Source of the DNA: an uncultured bacterium
GTDB taxonomy: Bacteria; Armatimonadota; Abditibacteriia; Abditibacteriales; Abditibacteriaceae
Length of the DNA: 20,000 nucleotides
Assembly (NCBI GenBank): GCA_963843795.1
Contig: CAWJLW010000006.1
Span: 3,603,415-3,623,414, forward strand
Direction: 5' to 3'
Part shown: piece by piece, positions 1 through 7,727 of the stretch
Numbering within the stretch: position 1 is the stretch's first letter
Layout: each line of letters begins with the position of its first letter
Program-made: the position numbers and the translations under genes
Notes under the pieces: generated by a model
What the model was told of the DNA's origin: nothing
What the model saw: the letters and a program-made list of their open reading frames with translations, nothing else
The model's database searches: none

Positions 1-373
1 CGGGAATGCCCATCAAGGCGTCATGGGCCGCTTGGTACTTTCCCTGGTACTTGGCGCCGAGCGCCATCTGAGCGCCCAGCATCGAGGCGTCGGTGAGAAT
101 GGGCCAGTCTTTGTACACGAGCCTAATCCTGCCATCCTGCTTCACGACCTTGTCGAGAGCTGGCTCCGACTTCTTGCAGAAAGGACAGTTGTAATCGAAG
201 AACGTGACGATCGTGACATCGCCTTTCGGGTTGCCGGCCTCAGGCGCGTCCGGATCGTGCAAGATCGCGTTTGTGTCGACGCCTTGCGCCCAGGCCGGTG
301 CGGGTGTGAGATACCGGAACAGAGGCCATGCCGCAGCTGCGCCAGCAAGGAGCAAAGTTTCTCGTCGGTTCAT
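1..373 (-). CDS. DsbA family (Com1/ScsC-like) thiol-disulfide oxidoreductase, 3' end outside window
   Basis: Not in the ORF track. Manual translation from ATG 373: MNRRETLLLAGAAAAWPLFRYLTPAPAWAQGVDTNAILHDPDAPEAGNPKGDVTIVTFFDYNCPFCKKSEPALDKVVKQDGRIRLVYKDWPIL... It has the GNPKGDVT, FDYNCPFC (CxxC) and YKDWPIL motifs. GGAG RBS at 385-382, directly downstream of dsbD. Confidence 0.93.
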   Translation of the reverse strand, partial: MNRRETLLLAGAAAAWPLFRYLTPAPAWAQGVDTNAILHDPDAPEAGNPKGDVTIVTFFDYNCPFCKKSEPALDKVVKQDGRIRLVYKDWPILTDASMLGAQMALGAKYQGKYQAAHDALMGIP

Positions 374-397
374 GTCATCAACTCCGTAAGAGGCATG

Positions 398-2209
398 TCA
401 CGCCTGGACGCGGTCCAGAACGCGTCGGAACTCGTCGACCGAGATCTCTCCGGTTGAACGAGCGGCGGCTATTTCTCGCCCATCGCGCGGGTTGAGGAAG
501 ACGAGGGTGGGCGGTCCGACCACGCCGAAACGGCGCATCAGGGCGGCGCTGTCCATGCCCGTCCGAGTGACGTCAGCGCGAATCACGCGAAGCGAACGCA
601 AGCGGTCGCGTACGGCGGGGTTTGCGAAGACGTCGCGCTCCATCGCTTTGCACGAGGTGCACCACTCCGCCGAGAATTCGACGAGCACGGGCCTTGTCTC
701 GCCGCGAGCGGTCGCGAGCGCAGCATCGAGTTCGGCGACGCTACGAACCGTCGTCACCGCCGAGACCGCGGCGGCGACCTGCTGTCGCTTGGCGAAAGCC
801 AGCGGACGCAAGGGATCGTCGGCGCCCGCCGCCATGCCCACGACGAGCGTCCCCCCATAGATGACGGCGAGAAGACCAGCCGACTTCCGCAGCCGCGGAA
901 CCGTGCCGTCCGATGCCGCGACCGGATCGAAGGCTCCGGCGAACACTCCGGCTCCCACCGCCAGGGCTGCCCACAGAGCCATCGTGGCTTGGGGCGGGAG
1001 GACGCGTCCGAGCAGCGCGACGGCGATCGCAAGAAAGACGAAGCCGAAGGCGCGGTTAGCGAGGAGGAGCCACGCTCCGGAGCGTGGGAGGATGCGGGCG
1101 CCGAATGTACCAACCGCGACGAGAGGAAGCCCCATTCCGAGGCCGAGAGCGAAAAGAGCGAAGGCGCCCCGGGCGACGTCGCCGGTCTGTCCGACATAGA
1201 TCAGCGCGGCCGCGAGCGGTGGCGTGACGCAAGGTCCGACGATTAGCGCCGAGGTGAAGCCGAGCGCGGCGGCGCCTGCGACAGGTCCTGAGCGGCTGCC
1301 GAGTCGGCCAGCCATCTTGTCGGTCAAGCCCGCTGGCAGGCGCAATTCGAAGAGGCCGAAGCTTGCCAAGGCGAGGCCCACGAACACGGCAGCCATCACG
1401 GCGAGCGCGGCCGGCGCTTGAAGCAGATTCTGAAGGTTCTGCCCGGACCACGCCGCCGCGATGCCGAGCACTCCATAAGCTGCCGCCATGGCCAGGACGT
1501 AGACGGACGAGAGGATGAAGCCCCGGAGCGACGTCAGCCCGCCCGCCGACCGAGACAACATTCCGACCAGGATCGGTACCATCGGCAGGACGCACGGCGT
1601 GAAGGCGAGGAGAAGTCCAAGGCCGAGAAAGGTAATACCGAGCCCCGTCCAACTTCCGCTCAAGGCCGACGGTGCGGCGAGGGATAGCGTTAAGCTCGTG
1701 CCGCCTGGAGGAGCGCCGGCCTGCCACGTGTCAGTCGACGCCGAAGGTGTTGCCGCACTGTCCGTACCCGGCCTGTCTGCGCCGACCTGAAGGGTCATCG
1801 CGTCGACCTTGGCGGTTTCAGGCGGGTAGCAGATGCCGCGGTCTGCACACCCCTGAAACGTCACCAGCAGGGCGGACTCATCCTGAAAGGCGGATCGATC
1901 GAGGGTGGCGATCGTCCGGTGACGGTAGATCTCGGTCGGCCCAAAATTCGGGTCGTCCTTCATCTCGCCAGCTGGAAGGCGTAGCGGTATCGACTGGCCG
2001 TCAGAGCCGCTGATCGTGATCTTGTCCCTGTAGAGATAGCTGCCGCGCTCGATCGACCAGATGAGTCTCAGCCCACCGCCCTCCGCCTTCTCGGCCGAGA
2101 GCACGAATGCGGGCTCCAGCGTTTGGGCCGACATGGCGCAATCAACCGCGAGCCCCAGAAACAGGATCGCGGTCGAGGCCAGAACCGTGAGGTAGCTTAA
2201 GATCCGCAT
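398..2209 (-). CDS. dsbD: Thiol:disulfide interchange protein DsbD
   Basis: All three domains present: N-terminal Ig-like domain (YLYRDK, QGCADRGICYPPE), transmembrane domain (FTPCVLPM, GPCVTPP) and C-terminal thioredoxin (AEWCTSCK, GPPT). ATG 2209 (MRILSYL..., signal peptide) chosen over the track start at 2239. Confidence 0.96.
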   Translation of the reverse strand: MRILSYLTVLASTAILFLGLAVDCAMSAQTLEPAFVLSAEKAEGGGLRLIWSIERGSYLYRDKITISGSDGQSIPLRLPAGEMKDDPNFGPTEIYRHRTIATLDRSAFQDESALLVTFQGCADRGICYPPETAKVDAMTLQVGADRPGTDSAATPSASTDTWQAGAPPGGTSLTLSLAAPSALSGSWTGLGITFLGLGLLLAFTPCVLPMVPILVGMLSRSAGGLTSLRGFILSSVYVLAMAAAYGVLGIAAAWSGQNLQNLLQAPAALAVMAAVFVGLALASFGLFELRLPAGLTDKMAGRLGSRSGPVAGAAALGFTSALIVGPCVTPPLAAALIYVGQTGDVARGAFALFALGLGMGLPLVAVGTFGARILPRSGAWLLLANRAFGFVFLAIAVALLGRVLPPQATMALWAALAVGAGVFAGAFDPVAASDGTVPRLRKSAGLLAVIYGGTLVVGMAAGADDPLRPLAFAKRQQVAAAVSAVTTVRSVAELDAALATARGETRPVLVEFSAEWCTSCKAMERDVFANPAVRDRLRSLRVIRADVTRTGMDSAALMRRFGVVGPPTLVFLNPRDGREIAAARSTGEISVDEFRRVLDRVQA

Positions 2210-2249
2210 CGCGACCGTGCCAGTGACGGCCACGAGCATCGCCGCTCAG

Positions 2250-2266
2250 CTTAAGGCAGGCTTAAG
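2250..2266. promoter_or_regulatory. CTTAAG-N5-CTTAAG direct repeat; PmrA/QseB-type, DsbR-type (TTA-N8-TTAA) response-regulator site
   Basis: CTTAAG(2250-2255) GCAGG CTTAAG(2261-2266), an AT-rich repeat in the short GC-rich spacer between divergent dsbD and the response regulator. Confidence 0.85.
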
Positions 2267-2300
2267 GGAGGGAGGCGAGACGCGCGGTTCGGAGGACCTC

Positions 2301-2963
2301 ATGCGCATCCTCGTGGTCGAGGACGACCCGATCTTGTCAGACGGCTTGCGAGCCGGTCTGTCTCTGACTGGCGCCACCGTCGATGGTGTTGCTACCTGCG
2401 AAGACGCGACGACGGCCCTGTTAACGACCACCTACTCCGCGATCGTTCTCGACATCATGCTGCCGGACGGCAGCGGCATCGACTTCCTGCGGGCTATGAG
2501 GCGACAGCGGGACGCTACGCCCGTCCTGCTCCTCACGGCGCGCGACAGCGTGGGCGACAAGGTCGAGGGCCTTGATGCCGGGGCGGATGATTATCTGGCG
2601 AAGCCCTTCGATCTCGACGAACTCGCGGCACGTCTTCGGGCTATCACGCGGCGCGAGAGTGGGCGCATCGATGCTCGCCTGACGTATGGTGGGATCGTCT
2701 TGTCGCCGGCTGATCTCAGCGTCACGGTCGAGGGTCGGGCGGTGAACCTGTCGCGGCGGGAATTCGCCATTCTGTCGGCGTTAATGGAGCGGCCCGGCCA
2801 GATCCGTTCGCGCGGCGAGCTGGAAGATCGGCTTTATGGCTGGCAGGAGGAAGTGGAGAGCAACGCCGTGGAGGTTCATATCCACCATCTGCGCGGCAAA
2901 ATCGGGCGGGACGTCATCGAGACGCTTCGCGGTAGCGGTTATAGGATGAGGGCCGTCCGATGA
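2301..2963 (+). CDS. OmpR-family response regulator (QseB/PmrA subfamily, DsbR-like)
   Basis: MRILVVEDD start with GGAGG RBS at 2291-2295. Motifs LDIMLPDGSG, LLTARD, GADDYLAKPF and winged-helix SNAVEVHIHHLRGK...TLRGSGY. Confidence 0.96.
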   Translation: MRILVVEDDPILSDGLRAGLSLTGATVDGVATCEDATTALLTTTYSAIVLDIMLPDGSGIDFLRAMRRQRDATPVLLLTARDSVGDKVEGLDAGADDYLAKPFDLDELAARLRAITRRESGRIDARLTYGGIVLSPADLSVTVEGRAVNLSRREFAILSALMERPGQIRSRGELEDRLYGWQEEVESNAVEVHIHHLRGKIGRDVIETLRGSGYRMRAVR

Positions 2964-4273
2964 GATCGCTTCGGGTCGGGCTATTCGTGACGCTGATCGC
3001 GGCAACCGGCTTCGTGTGGCTGGCGGCGGTGGCCTGGATCTATGTCGGGAGCCGCCGCGAGGTCGAGCACGTCCTGGATACGAGGCTCCAAGAGGCGGCC
3101 CGAATGGTCGCGTCGCTAGCATCCGGATTCGACGCCTCGAGCGGGCGAGGAGCTTCGACCACCATCGCGCCGCTCGGAAGCTATGAGCGGCAGCTCTCGT
3201 GTCAGGTCTGGTCGCTGGACGGGCGGTTGATCGCGCTCTCAAGCGGCGCGCCCGATCAGCAACTCTCTCAAACGCCCTCCGGGTTCTCCGATCGGACCAT
3301 CGAAGGTGTGTCCTGGCGCGTGTTCACCGTCGAGGACGCGGACCGCAACGTCCGCGTCATGGTGGGTGACCGGATCGGTCTTCGCGAACGGTTGGTGACC
3401 GATCTCATTAAGGGTCTGATGTGGCCCGCCCTTCTGATCGCACCGCTGCTCGGGGGCGTGATCTGGGCAAGCGTCGGGCGCGGCTTGCGGCCGCTCTCAC
3501 GCATCGCAGGTGATCTCGCCGCTCGGGACGCGGATGATATGCGGCCCGTTGAGAGTGCTCAGGCACCCGTCGAAGTCAGGCCTTTGGCAGACGCCCTCAA
3601 TGGGCTGTTCGGGAAAGTGGAGGCGGCACGTCGGCACGAACGCGATGTTACGGCTTTCGCTGCGCACGAGCTGCGCACACCGTTGGCGGGCTTGAAGACT
3701 CAGGCTCAGGTCGCGCTCGCTGCGAAAGACCCGATCGTTGTCCGCAACGCTCTCCATCAGATCGTAGCCGCTGTTGACCGGAGCACCCGCCTGGTTCGTC
3801 AGTTGCTCACGATTGCGCGGCTCGACGCGGAAATGGCTGATCCGCCCCGGACACGAGTCGAGGTCGGAGCGCTGTTGGAAGAGATCGTCGCCGGTATCTC
3901 AGCCGATGAGAACACCGAGGTTAAAATCGGCCCGAGCGCGCGTGACCTCATCCTGCACACCAATCCTGACTGCCTTCAGCTTGCATTACGCAATCTTCAC
4001 GAAAACGCTGTCCAATATAGCTCCGGTGGCCGCGTTACATGGGCTGCGTGCGGGAATATGCTGGCGGTAGAGGATGAGGGGCCAGGTATACCTCAGGACG
4101 AGCTTGTGAAGCTCGGGACGCGGTTTTTCCGCGGAAGGCGAAGCAGCCAAGCCGGGAGCGGGCTCGGGTTGTCGATCGTCAAACTCGCTCTGGCCAAGAT
4201 CGGAGCCGAGCTAACCATCTCCAACCGGCCCGGTCGGAGCGGTATCAGGTCGGAAGTAACCTTCCTCGCCTGA
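2960..4273 (+). CDS. Sensor histidine kinase (QseC/PmrB subfamily, DsbS-like)
   Basis: Two TM segments, periplasmic YERQLSCQVWS, HAMP region, H-box AAHELRTP, N-box LRNLHENA, G boxes DEGPGI and GSGLGL. ATGA overlap with the regulator. Confidence 0.95.
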   Translation: MRSLRVGLFVTLIAATGFVWLAAVAWIYVGSRREVEHVLDTRLQEAARMVASLASGFDASSGRGASTTIAPLGSYERQLSCQVWSLDGRLIALSSGAPDQQLSQTPSGFSDRTIEGVSWRVFTVEDADRNVRVMVGDRIGLRERLVTDLIKGLMWPALLIAPLLGGVIWASVGRGLRPLSRIAGDLAARDADDMRPVESAQAPVEVRPLADALNGLFGKVEAARRHERDVTAFAAHELRTPLAGLKTQAQVALAAKDPIVVRNALHQIVAAVDRSTRLVRQLLTIARLDAEMADPPRTRVEVGALLEEIVAGISADENTEVKIGPSARDLILHTNPDCLQLALRNLHENAVQYSSGGRVTWAACGNMLAVEDEGPGIPQDELVKLGTRFFRGRRSSQAGSGLGLSIVKLALAKIGAELTISNRPGRSGIRSEVTFLA

Positions 4274-4466
4274 TAAGGCCGAGGCCTTCGCTTGATGCTT
4301 TCGCAAACTCGTCCTGGATTCGACTACTCTCACCTCAGAGCCCTGCGGCCACGTCTTCACCCACGCCGAGCGCTGTCGCGAACACTTTATCGACGTGGCG
4401 GCTTGCAGCGCGCCTGGAAGGCGACCGACGCCGGGCGCCACGATGGGGGCAATTGCCGAAGCCTTG

Positions 4467-4954
4467 TCACGCGGGCGAACACCGGCAGACGCGTCTAGGC
4501 CGACACGGTCGAGCGAAGGTCCGGCGCTCCGCCGCTCCGAAGAGGACCACGTCGTACGTATCGGGCTCGACGCCCTCGACCTCCATGCCGGGCGAACCGA
4601 CCGGCATGCCGGGAACAGCGAGGCCGACGCCTTTCGGCTTCTCCGCCAGAAGCGCTTGATGGCGCAGGCCGGCAGGTGCCCCTCTATGACGTAGCCGCCC
4701 ACCTGGGCGGTGTGACAGGAGGCCAGCGCCCGTGGAACGCCGAGCTTCGCCTTGAGCGGATTGACGGGTCCTTCCGTCACGGTTGCCCGGAAACCCTCCT
4801 GCCTCAAGTGAGCGACCCAGGCCTCGCAGCAGCCGCAGCTCGGATCCTTGGTGACAGCGACTTCCGGAAGCCCGTCCGCGCGGGCCGGCGCGACAAGAGC
4901 GAAGGTCGCGAGCCCGGCGAGGGCCCGTCGACGCGTGAAGGCAAATCTCTGCAT
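4467..4954 (-). CDS. DUF411 family periplasmic metal-binding protein (one frameshift near 4651)
   Basis: Twin-Arg-like leader TRRRAL, motifs KDPSCGCC, SCHTA, EGHLP. After a 1-nt shift it reads LLAEKPKGVGLAVPGMPVGSPGME...YDVVLF...TFAR to TGA 4467. AAGGAGA RBS. Confidence 0.88.
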
Positions 4955-4970
4955 TCAGGGTCTCCTTGGG

Positions 4971-5083
4971 TCAGCGGAAGAACAGGAACTTGATCAGCGC
5001 GGCGACGATCAGGACCACCAACACAAGGGCGACCGCGCCAACAGGCCCATGCCCCACATCATGCCGCCCATCATGTCATGCAT
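4971..5083 (-). CDS. Small Met-rich single-pass membrane peptide (~37 aa, one frameshift)
   Basis: Reconstructed as [47 protein letters not shown] upstream; the stop lies just before the DUF411 RBS. Confidence 0.7.
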
Positions 5084-5485
5084 GGCGTACGGGCCTTTCC
5101 CAGCCAGTGGCCGCTCTGTCGCGATCCCCGCGGCGGCGCAGGATGATGTCTGTGACTGATCAGGCGCCCGACGTCGCGAGCCCGACCTTGAGATGACGCC
5201 GGCGAAACGGCTTCCTCGGGCAGTTTCGTTGCGAGACCGCGAGGCAGACCGCGGGCTTTGACGAGCCCGTAGAGGGCCGGGATGACGACGAGGGTCAGCG
5301 CTGTCGACGACACCATGCCGCCGATCATCGGCACGGCGATACGCTGCATGATCTCGGACCCGGCCCCTTTGCTCCACAGGATCGGCACGAGGCCGGCCAT
5401 GATGGCGACGACCGTCATCATCTTCGGCCGCACGCGCTCGACCGCGCCGATCATGGTTGCGCGGTGCAGATCCGCCCGTGTGGGC
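5071..5485 (-). pseudogene. cusA: 3'-terminal fragment of a CusA/SilA/CzcA heavy-metal efflux RND permease
   Basis: [71 protein letters not shown] matches the last two TM helices of CusA-type proteins. The rest of the ~1000-aa protein is absent. The true stop may be earlier (e.g. ~5160). Confidence 0.9.
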
Positions 5486-5490
5486 GGATC
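5469..5490. repeat. Perfect 9-bp inverted repeat GATCCGCCC-GTGT-GGGCGGATC at the cusA truncation point
   Basis: Read directly from the sequence. Confidence 0.9.
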
Positions 5491-5493
5491 CGA

Positions 5494-5745
5494 GCCGACG
5501 CGACTTCATCTGCCGTCCTGCCGTTCGTAAGGAACGAGGACGGCGAACTCTGCCCCAACGGGGCGATCGAGTGCCATTCCCCGACCGAAGCAGCGGCTCG
5601 GGGTCGCGCTTGGGTCGCGGGCCGGGCCGGCGCCATCGCATTCTCCCGGGCGGGCAACCCCGACGTCGGCGATTTTGATCACCGGCCGGCCTGCTTGGAC
5701 GGGAGAGTGCGACGGCTGCTCAAGAGCGCCTCCTTGGTGCGGTAA
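5494..5745 (+). pseudogene. Remnant of a small conserved alphaproteobacterial hypothetical protein
   Basis: [37 protein letters not shown]...GAIAFSRAGNPDVGDFD resembles, from recall only, a ~80-aa Rhizobiales family (LPF..EDG.L.P.E..EC...GA.AF.R.G.P..G.F.D). No ATG or RBS, and the C-terminus diverges. Confidence 0.5.
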
Positions 5746-5838
5746 AAGGGCGCTGTCGCCACGTACTGGGTGCGCAGCGGATACGTCGGAGCTGCAGCGG
5801 AGATTGCAACGAGTCTTCGAGTCGCCTATGGTTGATCG

Positions 5839-6213
5839 ATGATCGGTCTCGTTTTCGTTGTCGTTCGCCTCCTGTACCTCGGCCGCATCCTGGCCTGGGT
5901 CTGGGGGTCAAAGCCGCTCGAACTCGGCGACATCGTCTTTCTCGTCCCAATTTTGGTCGTGGTGCTCGCTCATTCGCGAGGCGAGGCGTGCGCACGGGCC
6001 GAGGCAGTCGGCAGCTGTCGCAGAGGTGGACGCGAGCGACGAACGCGGGCCGGTCCCGCAGAACGAGAGAGCGACCGAGCGAGGCGAGAAGAGGAGAACT
6101 GCGGCGGCAGCAGGAATGGGCGGCGGCTGAGTACCATTGGTGGAAGCGCTAGCGGGCCGAATCCGCTCGACCGCTATCCCGAGGCGGAGCGAAGAAGCCG
6201 CCGAGCCAAGTGA
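5839..6213 (+). CDS. Hypothetical membrane protein, probably frameshifted
   Basis: Two hydrophobic stretches at the N-terminus (MIGLVFVVVRLLYLGRILAWVWG; IVFLVPILVVVLA). The C-terminal frame is uncertain, with an alternative end at 6152. Confidence 0.3.
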   Translation: MIGLVFVVVRLLYLGRILAWVWGSKPLELGDIVFLVPILVVVLAHSRGEACARAEAVGSCRRGGRERRTRAGPAERESDRARREEENCGGSRNGRRLSTIGGSASGPNPLDRYPEAERRSRRAK

Positions 6214-6283
6214 CCTACGAGCTCCAGACCTCGTGTGGCGAAGAGGCAACACGGAACCGCTCGCGCGGACAGCGCCTCACAAT

Positions 6284-6318
6284 CGACCCTTGCCCGTCGG
6301 CAAGAGTCGCCTTTAGTT
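6284..6318 (+). terminator. Terminator-like hairpin upstream of the virB promoter region
   Basis: CGACCCTTGCC-CGTC-GGCAAGAGTCG (10 of 11 pairs) followed by CCTTTAGTT. Confidence 0.45.
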
Positions 6319-6349
6319 GACTCTCATCTGAGTCAACCTTGGTTGATTC
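6316..6349. promoter_or_regulatory. Overlapping inverted repeats, putative operator of the virB operon
   Basis: GTTGACTC-TCATCT-GAGTCAAC (6316-6337) overlaps GAGTCAACC-TT-GGTTGATTC (6330-6349). Contains a TTGACT -35-like hexamer and ends 22 nt before the virB1 ATG. Confidence 0.65.
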
Positions 6350-6371
6350 GTCGGAGGCGGCGTGAGCGGAC

Positions 6372-7115
6372 ATGAGGACGGTCTGTTATGCGTCCATGGT
6401 GGTGGCAGCGGGGCTGATCGGCAGCGCGGAAGCCAGCGAGAAGCTGCCTCATCGCGTCCTGGCCGCGGCGGTCGACCGGGACGGGACCGTCCGGATCGAC
6501 GGGCGGACGAGCGAGGCTGCATCGCCCCAGTTCATCGGGGCCGCGATCCCGCGCCGCCGGCAGCTTCGCGCCTACGCCGGCCGCGGCTGGCACATGCGGC
6601 TTCGGCAAGGTTCCCTCCCCGTCGGAGGCTGAGGCGCTCGCCCGCAGGATCGCCACCGAGGAAGGTTTTGACCCAAGCCTGGTCGTGGCGGTCGCGCGCG
6701 CCGAGAGCCGCTTCCGCATGGACCAGGTCTCGCCGAAGGGCGCGGTCGGCCTCATGCAGCTCATGCCGGCGACCGCCAAGCGCTTCGGCGTCGACGCTTG
6801 CGATCCGGCCGACAACGTCCGGGGCGGCGTCCGCTTCCTGCGTGTTCTTCAGGAGCGCTACCGCAATCCCATGCACGTCCTCGCCGCCTACAACGCGGGC
6901 GAGGATGCGGTCGAGCAGCACCGGGGCGTCCCGCCCTATCCCGAGACGGTCCGCTACGTCGCGGCCGTGCTCAACGACCTGAACGGCTGGCCGAAGCCGG
7001 CGGCCGGCGATCGCCACAGGCGCCAGGCCGACCGCGGCGCGCCGCCGCCACCCCCGATCCATCGAACCCCGAGGCGAGCTGGTCGCAGGGCTTCGTCATG
7101 CACGTGGAGAACTGA
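6372..7115 (+). CDS. virB1: Lytic transglycosylase (SLT domain) in the VirB1 position; two frameshifts
   Basis: Signal peptide MRTVCYASMVVAAGLIGSAEA. After a shift near 6545: AVARAESRF, GAVGLMQLMP, LAAYNAG, GVPPYPET. After a second shift near 7050 it ends WSQGFVMHVEN*, 2 nt before virB2. Confidence 0.85.
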
Positions 7116-7117
7116 AC

Positions 7118-7423
7118 ATGCAGGGAAAGGTGCTCAAGCTCGTCGGGACGGCGCTCGCCCTATCGGCGCTCGCAGCCGGAGAGGCGTTCGCGCAGGCCGG
7201 CGGGAGCCTGCAGCCGGTCCAGTCGACGCTGACGCAGCTCGTGACCACGCTGACCGGCCAGATCGCGACCTCGCTCGCCGTCCTGGCCGTGATCGGCTCC
7301 GGGTTCCTGGCCTGGGCGGGTCGGCTGACCTGGGGCATCGCCGGCTCGATCATCTTCGGCATCGTGCTCGTCTTCGGCGCGACCCAGATCGTCTCGTTCT
7401 TCCAGTCGGCCGTGGGCTCCTGA
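7118..7423 (+). CDS. virB2: TrbC/VirB2 family major pilin
   Basis: Leader ending AFA-Q, then two hydrophobic helices around AWAGRL and FGATQI. Located between the transglycosylase and virB3. Confidence 0.92.
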   Translation: MQGKVLKLVGTALALSALAAGEAFAQAGGSLQPVQSTLTQLVTTLTGQIATSLAVLAVIGSGFLAWAGRLTWGIAGSIIFGIVLVFGATQIVSFFQSAVGS

Positions 7424-7433
7424 GGCTCGGCCG

Positions 7434-7721
7434 ATGGACGAGATCGAGCCCGAGATGACGCCGCTCGTGCGGGCGCTCACCCGGACCCCGACCCTGTTCG
7501 GGGCGCCGTACATGTTTTCGATGTTCAACATGGTCGTGACCGCGATCGTGTTCCTGGTCACCAAAAACCTGCTCTCGGGCCTGCTCGTCTTCCCGATCCA
7601 CGCGATCGGCTACGTGCTGACGCTGCGCGACGACAAGATCTTCGCGATCCTGAGCGTCAAAGCCACGAAGTGCCCTCCCCGGTCGAAGCCCGTGTGGGGC
7701 GTCGATAGCTACCGCGCGTGA
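7434..7721 (+). CDS. virB3: VirB3 inner-membrane protein
   Basis: PLVRALTRTPTLFGAPY, two TM segments, DDKIF, terminal SY motif; 95 aa. Confidence 0.92.
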   Translation: MDEIEPEMTPLVRALTRTPTLFGAPYMFSMFNMVVTAIVFLVTKNLLSGLLVFPIHAIGYVLTLRDDKIFAILSVKATKCPPRSKPVWGVDSYRA

Positions 7722-7727
7722 TCCGGC

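Noticed and set aside
23..457. Plus-strand 144-aa ORF
   Set aside because: Antisense shadow of the DsbA-family gene on the minus strand.
2196..2201. Third CTTAAG hexamer in the dsbD 5' end
   Set aside because: A lone half-site in coding sequence with no partner at 11-bp spacing. Cannot be supported as a binding site.
4275..4288. AAGGCC-GA-GGCCTT hairpin after the kinase stop
   Set aside because: Stem too short and no clear U-tract. Too weak to call a terminator.
6330..6349. CAAC-N4-GTTG as a LexA/SOS box
   Set aside because: Matches neither the alphaproteobacterial GTTC-N7-GTTC nor the Gram-positive GAAC-N4-GTTC consensus.
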